This document shows positions 1 through 11,958 of a DNA stretch of 64,000 nucleotides, piece by piece. The stretch is taken from NCBI GenBank assembly GCA_040954595.2, contig CM082578.2, positions 4,694,831 through 4,758,830 of the forward strand. The letters run 5' to 3'. Within the stretch, counting starts at the first letter, position 1, and each line of letters opens with the position of its first letter. Both the position numbers and the translations under genes were made by a program. Under the pieces are notes generated by a model, which saw only the letters and a program-made list of their open reading frames with translations, made no database searches and had not been told where the DNA came from. This DNA comes from Balanoglossus misakiensis. Its lineage: Eukaryota; Animalia; Hemichordata.

Positions 1-3000
1 AAGTCGTCTTTTTCCCTTGGAAGTCTTGAATGCCACTTCTGGGTTTTGAAAATCCACCTGTAGATATAAGGACAGTTTGTTAGAGGTAGACATACAGAAG
101 AGACGGGCAAAACACATCTCCAGTCTTCTTCACAACCCCCACACACAGAAACCGACTGGTTTTTAGCAAAACAATATTCAAATGCAGATTAAACCATTAT
201 AAATCCATTTCCCTCAGATACTAACTTATTAAAATGAAGAAGGCAACAATCACAGTCAACCCCCCCCCCCCCACATACTTGCCCTGACATGGATGTTGCA
301 CATATTTGATTATTACTATGCATGTTCAATGGTGTGTTCATACATTGCAGAAAAGACGTGTACAAACTTACCTCGACCTCCTCTACCACCACCTCGACCA
401 CGGCCACCTGAAAAAGACGGGTAATTTTGTCAATAAACAGGTTTCATTAAGAATGGCATCAACAGGGGGAGATGTCCCCCGTTGCCAGAATATTTTGGGG
501 GATTCCACTGGGGGAATGGCCCACCTCGAGAAACTGCCAGGGGTGCCAACATGTCAACAGGGGTGAATCACCCCGCCCCCCCCCCCCCCCCCTGTCAATA
601 TGAAACACTGCACTTATTATAAACATAGCTACGTAACAGTGTAATGACCTTTCGCAATGCTCTGTCATTTTCTGCATGCCAAAAATCAATGGGGTACTTG
701 TGTTTAAAGAGTTCAACTCACCTCCCCTTCCTCCTCCTCCTCGCCCGAACCCTCTTCCGCCCCCTCTTCCTCGACCACCGGGCGATCCAAATGAATTTCT
801 TTTCTCTTGTGCAAAATCTAGTGTGACCGATCGACCATCAATTTCTGTACCCTGTAGTGAATCCTTCGCCGTCTTTGCATCATCTACACTCTCAAAATCG
901 ACATATCCATACCTGTGAGATATGCACATGGTCATTTTAGTTAGCAGTTTCAAAAATTTACATGTTAAGATCAAAGTCAATGTGCCACATAGCACAATTT
1001 TGCTACTCAAAGTTTTTAGAAGAAATACATGTATGTATTGCATGTTCCTTGTCTGCATAGGCTTATAGTTAGGGGAGTTTATATGCAACACTTTCAAAAA
1101 TGTGAAATGCAATTCTACACTCATATTGAAACATTGCTTGTCAAGATCTATGGTGATGTACGATTATTTACTAGATATTCGGTTTAATTTCAGGATTTCA
1201 ATGTACTGGCGTGGAATATTTGTACTACTGTGGAATACTTTATTATCGCTGGAATATATTTTCGCGCAATGGATAAAATTGATACGTCGGCGCGACTTTA
1301 TTTTCGCGCTGATCGCTTTACATTGTCATCAGCCAAGGCGCTGTACGCCAATTGAAATTAGACGTTGACAAAGCTAAGTCGTCAAACACAAACATCACAG
1401 ACTGCCGTTAGGTGACAAACAATGCGTTTTGGGTGTCAATCAAGTCGGCAAACATTTGATTTTATTGTTTTTAACCAGTTTTAGTTATGGTGTTAATTAC
1501 AAGGTGTCGGTAATGACTGTCGGCATGTGAGTGCGTTAGTGCGTGTTCTGTGTCAGATTGACATCGACAAAGCTAAGTCGTCAAACACAAACATCACAGG
1601 CTGCTGTTAGGTGACAAACAATGCGTTTTGGGTGTCAATCAAGTCGGCAAACATTTGATTTTATTGTTTTTAACCAGTTTTAGTTATGGTGTCAATTACT
1701 AGGTGTCGATAATGACTGTCTGCATGTGAGTGCGTGAGCGTGAGTGCGTGTTCCGTGTCAGATTGTTTTCCATAGACGTAACATGCAAGTAATCAGTGGT
1801 CAAAGGTCACTGCGTCAGTCGATCTAGCTCATTAATATTCATGTCTATTGTGTTCAAAACATACCGCTAGAACAAATTTTCGCGCAAAAATTACCTCCGC
1901 GAAAGCAGCCAAAATAAATTCCACGCGAACAAAAAGTATTCCACAGTAGTCAGAGTTCACTATTCATAGCTGCAGCAGCAGAGGGAGTTCTCAGCCAAAT
2001 GCCTCATATTCATCAAAACCAGTGTCTTTTTACAAGATCACCTAGTCAGGCTCGTCATCGGATCATCACAGAACCTCCCAGCAGTGTTACACATTATCAA
2101 CAAAAACATATGAATACTGTAAAACACTTTATTTTCGCAAAATACGCGAGAGCCAAAATAGCGTGAAAATAAAAAGTTGCGTAATTTTTTTTTTTGAAGA
2201 TAACGATGCAGTGAATGAAATAAGAGAACGCAAAAATTAATACTCGCAAAACAGTGGCCACTCTCGACTTGTGAAAATAAAGTGTTTTACAGTATATAAA
2301 AGCACTGCTAATGACATGTGCAGTTTCAGTGGAGTGAGTGGACACGTACCCCTTGGATCTGCCCGTTTCTCTGTCGGTGATAATCCTGGCGTCTGCTCCT
2401 CCAACAGCTTCCAGTAAAGTGTCTGTCGTCGTGTCATAATTCAGACCTTTGACAAAGAGCGTCTTTGATGGTCCCGCTGCAGTGAAGGAGTTGAAAGTTA
2501 GCAATTTATCTGGTTGGGGAGGGGGGGATTCAAATTCGATTAACAATGATTTCAAGTGTTTGAGAGGACAGACAGCCAGTACTTTATGTAGTCACATGAC
2601 ATGAGGTTTTTTACACACGTTAGAAAACAAAATTTATCCAGTTTTGCCATAATGCATGCAGCTTCACGATTTCTTGTTGAAATTCATGTGCTGTGTGGCT
2701 TTGATCATTGTTAAATGCCGTTGAAGGCATAAGACTATTAGAAAAAGAACTTAGAGTCATTATATAAATTTTCTATTTATTAAAGCTGGCCTTTTCAATC
2801 TTTGGTTTTCAAATTAGTGCAAGTATTCACTTGCTCACCAAGATGAATCTTTCGTAAATCTCACCTGGTTGGCTTCTCTGTTGTCCACCACCAAAACCAC
2901 CACCACCGGCGCCAAAACCACCGCCACCACCACCGGCACCAAAACCACCGCCGGCACCTCCAGCTCCAAAATTCTGTCTCTTCTTGCCAACATAATCAAA

Positions 3001-6000
3001 AACAAGACGTCTTCCTTCGAGTTCCATTCCTTGGCTTTCTGCCAACGCTTTCTCTGCCGATTCTTCATCATTAAACTCAATGTAACCATGACTACAGGCA
3101 AATAAAATTTAGATATTCAGATTTCTCTGAAAATTAACTTTGGCAGACATTTGCATTTGAAGATGATAATAAGAGCAAAGAATTCATCTTTCCATGGTTT
3201 GACTCCAGCCATGAGAAACGGTATACACACATCTCATTGACTTAAATGATGACAATACAACTTCAAAGTTGTGTGTGTTGCTAAGGAAATATCAGACTTG
3301 TGGTAAAGCACGTACATACCAAAATAAAAGAAATTACCTAAAAGGCTGCATGCCAATTATAAAAGCAATTGGACAAAAGTGAAAAAAATTGCATGATTGT
3401 GCAAAATGTCACCACAGAAGAACCTGCAGACACAATTTCAAGCAGTTTTGTAGATTTACTGACCAATTATTGGAGAGCAGACAACTACGAAGAAGCCTCT
3501 GACAAGCTCTGCTTTTCTGATAGTTCACACAAAATAATCAAACTGAACCATCTTCAACGCCCGTTTGGACCTTCCTCAGAAATGAAGGTTTCAACTCACC
3601 CCCTTGATCTGCCATCTTGGCCATATGGAATCCTGGCATCCATACAATCTGGGAATGTTTCTTTCAGCGTTTCCTTTGTTGTGTCATAATTCAACCCTTT
3701 CACAAAAAGCGTTCTGGCATCGCGTTCATCTGTGGAAGAAAGCACTGAAACTTACCGACACAGAAAATCGTACATTTATACACTGCCTCTGCAGTCCGAC
3801 TTTTTTGACATTGCTTGTGAATAGTAGATTTGCGCCCCAAGTGACATATCACAAATAAACTATTAATTGCTATTACAGTCTAAACTGTTTATAGTGGCCA
3901 GTCAAGGGACTTTTTTAAACTAGCCTTTGTAGACAACCTAAGACAGGTCATTTAATTTAAATGTAAATTGCGCAGGGATCATAACAAAGTGGCCACTGGA
4001 CAACAAATAGTCGGTCACCGGGTTAAAATATTCAATATGTAAACTAGCCATAATAAATAAATGCACATTTGGATGCAAATACCACTGGCTCTGCCCAGTT
4101 GTGTCTTTGCCTATCAGTGTTGTTTTAGCCTAGCTGTCAAAATGAGTTCACAAATCGCATGCGCACAACAGCCAATCTGCCTCTTCCTCTTGATATGGCA
4201 AGCTCAATGCTCAAGAGAAATCTTACCTCTGTCAGTGTTACCACCAGAACTTTGACGATCTCTCTGTTCGCCACCTCCGCCGCCTTCAGATCTTTTGGTG
4301 TTGGCCTTTTCAAGTCTGATTGAATTACCCTCAAGGTCAGATTGGTTCAACTCCATTGCCTTGTCAAAGTCGTCCGCATCAGCCAAGTCAATGTAGCCAA
4401 ATCTACAGAAAAGGATAAGCGTACATTTTGACACATTTAGTTGATTGGTGCTGGGTTCACATCTAGGCCCATGGCCGGGCAAAACTAATCCCGATGATTG
4501 TGACAAGAGTAAGCCAATCTTTAGTCCCCGTTCACATTGTGTTTGGCACAGTCCTGGTTGACGTCGTTTCGCCAATCGTTGACCTTATAAAGCAGAACCA
4601 TGTTCGTCCTCTTCTAGTTGTTTATACGATTTTCACCATTGTCAAATGATAGACTCAACTGTTTATGTCAATTGTAAAAGGTGTCAACTAGGACCAGAGT
4701 CGGACAAAATGTGTCCACACACACCAGGCTGGGACTAGAGTCGGACCAGAGTAGGACACAAACCATCCCATTCAACTGGGACAAAAATTGTCCGGACAAG
4801 GGTCGGCCAGACCCGTTCACACCTGTTCACATACCTTGCTAGGACAAGGGCCTAGCCATTTTTTAATAATGTGAAGGGCCTATACGTCTTTAGTTGAAAA
4901 TAACTGCTCCTTCGCAAAAACAGACAAACTGTTGGAGAACTGAATAAGAACATGTGAATGCATTTTGCTCACCTTCTGCCAGGCACAATTCTGGCACTTT
5001 CCACTTTGACGCCAGCTTTCTTAAAATGTTTGGCCAATGATTTGTCAGTTGTGTCTTTATTCAGGTTGCCAATAAAGATGCTTACGGATTCTGAAAGATG
5101 AAAGCAATAAAAATGTACATCTAGTTGGTTCTGAAAAAGACATTTTGCAAAAAATACTACAATATATCTGGTTGACATTTAGCAACATCCTCCGAAACAT
5201 GATTTGGATTTTATTTGCAATTCTATTTTTGTTTGCTTTCTGTTATAAGCTGTCAAAGACAGACTAGACTAGCATTATAATTTCAGGAGGAAAAAAAGCT
5301 ACAGCACAAAAAAGGACAAATTGCAGACATGATTTTGGAGTGTGTTAACAAGGTTTGTCAATGTGCAAATTTCAAGGTCCATGGCAATGCAGTTGCATAC
5401 TGTACATAAGCAAGTTCCCTCTATGTAAGGGGCTTCAGGAAAATATAAACTTTTGGGTATTTAGGACTTCAATAACTGGCAGAAAACTTATTCCTGAGAG
5501 CAACCTGTAACCCCCCCCCCCCCCCCCCCCCCCCGATCAAGACCCCCTTTCTACGGTTAAAAAGCAACAAATTCATACCTTTGGCCTTTTTTGTAGTCGT
5601 TTCACCTACATCACTCGCCTTTCTCTTCTTCCCAACTGCAGGCTTCTCTGTAACATAAAGCAAGAAGAAAAGAACATGTTTAACATTCTACAGGAACACA
5701 TAAATTTGGAAATATGGAAGTCCTTGCTTATACTATCATATCACGCATGAGCCCAAGAAGCACTGAAGTCTTTTCGACCAAATATGTATGATGATTGAAA
5801 AAAAAAAAAAACATTTCAAAGAGCAATGGTCCACAACACTTCTCGGCTTGTGAATTTGTACTGGCCATAAATGTCACTAGCACTGCAAAAGTCAGCTTGC
5901 TAATTGTTCAAAGCTAACCTACAGACATCAGTAACATCTTTCTTACCTTCATCCTCCTCATCATCATCATCAGACTCATCTTCATCAGACTCATCTTCCT

Positions 6001-9000
6001 CATCATCGTCATCACTGCTCTCTTCCTTCTTGGCCTTTTTCACAGCTGTGGTATTACAACAATAGTGGTTAGGTGCAATATTGATTGCTGCTTCAATACA
6101 GACGAGTGAAAGTCATATTGATGTCATAAATGCGGGGTGAATTAATTGACCAAAGCATTGATGGATTTATCCACTCCTTTTAAATGTTGTATTTTATACA
6201 CTAGCCTGCAGAATATAGAGAAGTGTTGACTACCAGGAACTTTAAAGGAGAGCAGCCCCCTTTGAACAGTTTTTTTTAAGTTCTTCATAGTCATACACAT
6301 GCACAGTACACACACATAAGGACAGGCAACATTTTCAACCTCTAAAGCAGCTTCTATTTTGTACAGTAAAACCTGCCTGAACCAAACCCTGTCTAATCTG
6401 GAAACCTGTCTATACTGAACACATTTCCCTGTCTCTTTGACATAGAACTACATGTTCAAATAACCTCTACAAACAGGACACCTCTGCAAACCGAACAATT
6501 ACTTCAGTCCCTTTGGTGTTCAGTCATTGGAGACCTTGCCAGCACTAAATAACGGTGTAAATGGGTGTAAAAAGAGGAATTCAAACACTTCAAAAAGAAA
6601 ATTACCTTTGGTCTTTGTTGCCGTCTTTTTAGCTGGCTCATCTTCTTCAGATGATTCATCATCATCTTCTGATTCCTCCTCAGAACTCTCTTCTTTTGCC
6701 TTTTTCTTGGTCGGAGCAGGAGCTACAAATAATGATAATGTTTTTAAAGACTCTGCGAAACATACAAAGGTGCACCAAAATCTCGCTTCACTTTTGGTCA
6801 TAATAAATACACGACAATTTTGCAGCTGCAGGTGTTGTGCTGGTCTGTGGAGTGTCCACCCACCTTTAGAGAGAGAATAGCCTTTAAACTTGATACAAAC
6901 TTCAAATAGAAGATTACCCTTTGCTGCCTTCTTTTTCGCCGGTTTCTCCTCTTCCTCAGATTCATCATCAGATTCTTCATCATCATCCTCCTCCTCATCA
7001 TCTGAGGATTCCTCTTGCTTTGGTGCTTTCTTCACTTGACTTGCCTTCTTTGGCGCTGCCTTTGCGACATCCATTTCCTCAGAAGAGTCATCATCTGAGT
7101 CTTCAGATTCCGAGTCACTCTCTTCAGAACTTGGCTCGGGGGCCTGCATGCCAAACAACAAAACCGATTATTTTTGGTCTCATGCAGTATATAAACTTCC
7201 CAAAATCTCCACGAAAATCACACAAGACTCAAATCGACTCTTTTTATTAGACATTTACACTGGCCCACTATCTAGAGTCTCGTAACTTGCCGCAAAGACC
7301 AGCTATTTTTGCAGACGTCTGATGGGATAGACACCTGGGTATTTCATCTAGGGATTGAAGGGACGAACTACAGAATATTTGCCTCCCTTGAGCAAAGCTC
7401 TTACTCGCACAAAAAGCAAAACAAATTCAACTGTTGAGAACATGATCAGTTTTTTGACAATTGCTTTTTACCACAGGGCAATCAATCAATCAATAAACAA
7501 ATACACATGTAGCACCACACATCCCAGACTGCCATCACTTGTCATACTTGTGACATATTTAAGCAATAAAACACTCCCAGCCATGGTATACCACGAGATT
7601 TTGACCAGTTCACGACATATACGCACGAGTGATAGCGAGTGCGTATATGGAGTTGAACTGGTCAAAATCGAGTGGTATACCATGGCTGGGGGTGTTTTAT
7701 TGCTATTATATTATGCCAGTATATTGAAACTTTAAATAAAACATTTTTAAAAGGCATTTTCTTTGACTATGATATATGACTGTGGTATATGGCTAATATA
7801 TCACGGTCACGTGTCGTGTCTCGACCAATCAAATAGCGTGATTTACACCATCAATATACTGGTATAATATAATACAAGACAATACACAATATTTACCTTA
7901 GCTGCCTTTGCCTTTGCTGCACCATTTCCCTTTTTACCTTTGGTCACAACAGGTCTGCAATGAGTAGAATACAGAGAATACACAGAATGAAATCATACTG
8001 TCCTGCCATGTCCTCGTAACATTTACCTGGGTATCGCCCGCCCTTAACAAAAACGCTAATGTGCATACCCCAGATGCATCAACATATAAAAACCAACAGT
8101 AGTGGGGATTGTCTGTACAGTTCCAGTATTAAAGGGACAAAGTCTCTCTCTTGCTGCCCTTTTTTCCACTAATTATATTTGATACAAGACACCGTTTGTT
8201 ATTCTACATGTGGATATATAGTGAATGAACGTTCAACCACACACAACTTCCATCCCTCTTATAGACAGGAGAGTGAAAAAACTCTCCAAAATGAATAATC
8301 GTTCTTTACCATTTATTCATTTTGGGCGAGTTTTTACTCTCATATTATACAAGTGGGATGGAAGTTTTGTGTGGTTGATCATTGATTCACTATATATCCA
8401 CATTTACATTAACATATCCAGTGTCTTGTATCAAACATAATTAATGAAAAAGGGGCAGCGAGAGAGAGACTTTACTTTGTCCCTTTAATTTGTCAAATTT
8501 AGTGCTAAAAAAATAAAAATAAGCTCTATGCTACGAAGTTCTTTACCATGGAGCTTCAACACCCCCCCCCCCCCCCCTTCCCATTTCAGAGGTCCAACCT
8601 TACTACAGAAAACAACGTGTTTGGACTTAGCCATTTGTGGTGAGAGGTAAGGAAACTTGTAAGGAAATTTATCGAACAGATACTCACGTTATGTCCATGG
8701 CTTCTTCCTCAGAACTCTGAAAATGTACAACGAGAAACAACATGAAAGTGTTAGAAGGCACTCGTCTCAATTAGACAACCCCTGTGCTTCATGAAAGTTT
8801 AAAATTTCTGACAAAGATGAAGTTCTCAGACAAATGCCTCGATACACAATCATCACATATTTGCCGCTTAAAGTGAAAAACTCACAAAAAAAGTGGCAAG
8901 GCAGACTCGTCATCGGGTCATCACTGAACTTTCTACTTTCAGCTACATAATAAATTGGTGTTTAGTCCCGTCAACCCATTTCTTTCATACACAGACTGCA

Positions 9001-11314
9001 AGATTTTGGTTTCCTATACAGAATGCATTGAAGCTAAATCAGTCGTTCTGCCTCCAAAAACAGAATCAAGAACTACTCCTTTTACACGTGTCATTTGGCA
9101 AAAAAAGGGTGCTACATGTATACTCTGACATCACTTCCAACAGATCACCCCAAACAAAGACAATTACATACAGCAAGGTTTTACATGAAGCAGAAAGCCT
9201 GCATCCCAATCCACAAAAACATGGAAGTGAAATAACACACAGCCCTAACCCCCCCCCCCCCCCTTCAAAAAACTTGCCCTGGATGGGTGCAGAAAAATTC
9301 TAATATGATAAGTCAGCCCCCCCCCCCCCCCCCCAATTTCAGCATGGTTTGTGTACAAGTTATTTGCATATTATCATCCATAGTGATTGCGTCATAGTGA
9401 TCAAGACTATCAGATCTCTTTCACAGATTTACACTATATCCATGTAAATGTATCTGTTAATGAGTAGACAATTGCACAATTCCTTACACTTGGCTGCTAA
9501 CATGCTATTACAGGGCAATATCTGAAAATATTAAGGTGGGCTACTAAACCACGAAGAGCTATCTTGTAACAGCATATGACATTGCAGTGCGCAAGTTCTC
9601 ACCTCCTCTGAATCAGATTCTTCTTCGGAAGATTCCACTTTCTTAGGGGGCGGTGGCGCCTTTTTTGCCTTGACTTGTTTGGCTTTCTTCTGTGGTGAAT
9701 TAAACAGAACAAGGAACAATGAGCTCCTGGTACATGCATTTCAATGAATTACACCCCACAAGATTAAAATTACAATGTACATACATATGCATGAAAATAC
9801 ATAGGTGCCAATTTGGTCATAGGACTGCTATCAAAGTGAACCTGGGTCTAGACGAACAATCTTGGAATCATTTTAATACACAACCTACCATAGGAATGAT
9901 ATAATTTCTATTCTTGACATACATCTGCAGTACCTTTGACATTATGTCATACTGTGATGATGCTTGTTATGTTAATTCCTGAATTGTTATGTTAATTCCT
10001 GAATTGTTCACTAAACACCCCTTGTCAGACTTGATGTAGAGCACCACACAGACAGCACCCAGTGCCACCCACCATGTGCGTCTCAAGTACCATTTTAAAA
10101 ATAAATGATTGATCGAAATCTTCAACAATTTTGCACCTTTGATTCACAACCAATGAAATATTACATATTGTGCTACTACACCATGTCTGACAATCAACAA
10201 CAGTTTAAAAATACACGATTGTGTACTCTACCTGAATATTTTACCTTTTACTCTGGGTTGTGCAGTAGTTAAGCAGGATTGGGTAAAAGGTCGAGTGTCG
10301 TGTGTAACACTGGCATCTTCCAGTTTCCCCAGCTGCTATACAACCAACCACAGCGTACCAACCAACACTTCTGGGACTAACAAATACGCCCTCCAACCTT
10401 TTCATGGAAGATCAGGCAAGATCTTCTAAAGGTATATGGGCCAGGCAAGACCCAAATCACCTCGTGACATACATGATAGGTCAGGCAAGACCTAAGCTAC
10501 CGTACCCACACATCCCCGACAGTAAAGTGTGCTTGCACGTGGGCCAGGCAAGACCCTGGGAGAGACGAACATTTGCATACGCACACGTGATTTTGCCACA
10601 TTGGGCCACGCACGACCCAATATTCAACACGTTCCCGTCAATTGGCCAGGCAAGACCAACCCGACTAGCGATTTCCTCCTTCAGAAAAATATATAACTCG
10701 TTGGGAACCCCGCACACGGGTTTTCCTTCATCGCAGTCTTACACTACTAATAGTACAACACATGGCCGTGCTAATAACCATGTCAGCCATTCTGATCGGC
10801 GGTTTCGACCGGTTTCAGACTTCCGCTGTAATTTACACTGTAAACGGATAAAATGTCGAGCATTTGTAATTATTCCGTCGTAAAATGTTGATTTGGGTTG
10901 AAATCCGCGATTTCCAGACTGAAAATGATGGCTCAAATTAAATGATGGCCCTGTGAATTGACTCGATTTTCAACAGCTGCCACGCGCGTGTATGTTTTTT
11001 GCTCGATTCCTTAATCTTTTAACATGGTGAAAATTACTTCAAATTAAATTCACACTTATCAGAATATAACCGAGCCAGATATTGTTTTAGTCGTTAAATC
11101 AAGGAGCTTCCACGTGTCTTGTCGCGTTGTCGAGGAATCGAAAAACCATGCTTCCCCCCTTCCCCCACGTGGCGTGGTGAAGTCAAGGTCGGCCACGATG
11201 CTTCACCCCGTCCTGTCTTTTCCCTGTCGAATTTTCACAAAATCTACACCCATACTGACCACTAGCGTTGACAAGAATACTTACTTGGTTCTTGTCTTTC
11301 GTCTTGATAGCCAT
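1..11314 (-). CDS. NCL: Nucleolin (16 coding exons in window; last few codons and stop lie left of base 1)
   Basis: Exons 11285-11314 (MAIKTKDKNQ), 9603-9689, 8688-8716, 7897-7954, 6918-7143, 6606-6722, 5947-6045, 5579-5647, 4973-5090, 4227-4402, 3600-3729, 2865-3091, 2350-2476, 722-912, 372-407, 1-57. All are GT-AG and phase-consistent (~592 codons). Product: K/P-rich and D/E/S acidic tracts, NLS-like KKRK...KKAK, three RRMs (SIFIGNL/RFGYIDL; ERDARTLFVKGL/RGHGYIEF; PSKTLFVKGL...TDRETGRSKGYGYVDF), RGG tail, and nucleolin-type C-terminus FQGKKTT(F). Confidence 0.95.
1226..1948. mobile_element. TA-flanked MITE with internal ~200-bp tandem duplication
   Basis: TIRs TACTGTGGAATACTTT...AAAGTATTCCACAGTA; internal direct repeats ~1367-1565 and ~1566-1765. 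Confidence 0.8.
1983..2079 (-). ncRNA. SNORD15: Box C/D snoRNA, U15/SNORD15-like (copy 1), in nucleolin intron 13
   Basis: Minus strand: terminal stem GGGAGGUUC...GAACUCCC, box C GUGAUGA, guide GAUGACGAG + D' CUGA, C' UGAUGA, guide GAGGCAUUUGG + D CUGA. Guides are complementary to the conserved LSU rRNA segment GCCAAAUGCCUCGUCAUCU, as in U15. Confidence 0.9.
2115..2294. mobile_element. MITE of the TACTGTAAAA...TTTTACAGTA family
   Basis: TIRs TACTGTAAAACACTTT/AAAGTGTTTTACAGTA; homologous copies at 20462-20673, 22193-22403 and 23561-23759. Confidence 0.8.
4522..4882. mobile_element. Degenerate TIR element (possibly PIF/Harbinger-like MITE)
   Basis: Imperfect TIRs TAGTCCCCGTTCACATT / AATGTGAAGGGCCTA; internal GGACYAGAGT repeats. 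Confidence 0.4.
7562..7870. mobile_element. Palindromic repeat element (possibly non-autonomous Crypton-like)
   Basis: ~145-bp near-perfect palindrome 7562-7705 plus a tail; an inverted homolog lies at ~31375-31620. Confidence 0.6.
8133..8484. mobile_element. TTAA-flanked MITE (Kolobok-like)
   Basis: TTAA-AGGGACAAAGT...ACTTTGTCCCT-TTAA; partial relatives at ~24841-24950 and ~46410-46596. Confidence 0.7.
8820..8931 (-). ncRNA. SNORD15: Box C/D snoRNA, U15/SNORD15-like (copy 2), in nucleolin intron 2
   Basis: Minus strand: stem AAGUUC...GAACUU, box C GUGAUGA, guide GAUGACGAGU + D' CUGC, internal hairpin, C' GUGAUGA, guide GAGGCAUUUGU + D CUGA. Box D lies ~110 nt upstream of the 3' splice site at 8717. 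Confidence 0.9.
10407..10659 (-). promoter_or_regulatory. Array of six short stem-loops with a conserved hexaloop in nucleolin intron 1
   Basis: Hairpins at 10407-10426, 10437-10454, 10477-10494, 10541-10556, 10600-10621, 10642-10659. Loop is UUGCCU in five and GUGCGU in one; stems differ in sequence but keep pairing. Confidence 0.7.
10536..11172. promoter_or_regulatory. E-box (CACGTG) cluster in CpG-enriched nucleolin intron 1
   Basis: CACGTG at 10536, 10584, 11111 and 11166; the last two have CCACGTG context. Confidence 0.55.
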
Positions 11315-11958
11315 CGTTGATATTCAGAAGTGGAAATTAGTGAGTTTGTAGAGCGACGCGCTTCCTGACCTCTCAATGCAATCTTCTTCTCGATTGTGAA
11401 ATCGACAACCGCGTGCAAAATGCCCTTTAAAGAATTGTGCGCATGTGATTACGCAGCTGACCTAACTTTTCCCACTAGGATAGGGACTTCATTCAGAACG
11501 TTTAGATGTAGAGTTAGGCTGTCTTTGGCTGTTCCGTTCTCTGTCTTTGACTTGGCTGTTCTATTCTCTATCTTCATGACCCGACTATGAATTATATATT
11601 CATGTAGACGTTATTTCATGAATATTATATGCATTAGCTAATTTAGGTCGACGGAGTTTCAACGCATTACCTACGAAATTATGTGTGTGCCTTGCAAACA
11701 GGTTTATTACTTTTTCGTCAATTTATGTGAAATTTGGTCATAAATTTGTATGGTCGCCAGACGGCTGAAACCATAGTTCGAGTGCAGCGACACGCTCTCA
11801 CCAAAAACATGAGCTCATCAAAGCATAGCATGCACACAAAAAGTATTGAGATTCAAAAATCACCAGCGAGGGAAATAGCATATGATTCTGGTAACTCGAA
11901 GTCACGAGGGGGTAAAAACGGCTGCTATGGCCCGAATATAGGCCAGGCTATAGGTGTT

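Noticed and set aside
5868-5940. Hairpin followed by ACA on the minus strand (H/ACA snoRNA?)
   Set aside because: It abuts the splice donor, leaving no room for a 5' hairpin and H box.
7268-7277. CTATCTAGAG resembling the vertebrate U20 snoRNA guide target
   Set aside because: No properly placed box D or box C on the minus strand; a short match is expected by chance.
260-9335. Several long poly-C tracts (G-runs in the transcript) as G-quadruplex elements
   Set aside because: Simple homopolymers found throughout the window's introns with no positional pattern.
10414-10659. AGGCAAGACC as p53 half-sites
   Set aside because: Single, mismatched half-sites not arranged in pairs; this does not explain the stem covariation or the variant GUGCGU loop.
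10404-10883. 159-aa plus-strand ORF with GQARP repeats
   Set aside because: The peptide repeat is a by-product of the nucleotide hairpin motif; it is antisense within nucleolin intron 1 with no other coding evidence.
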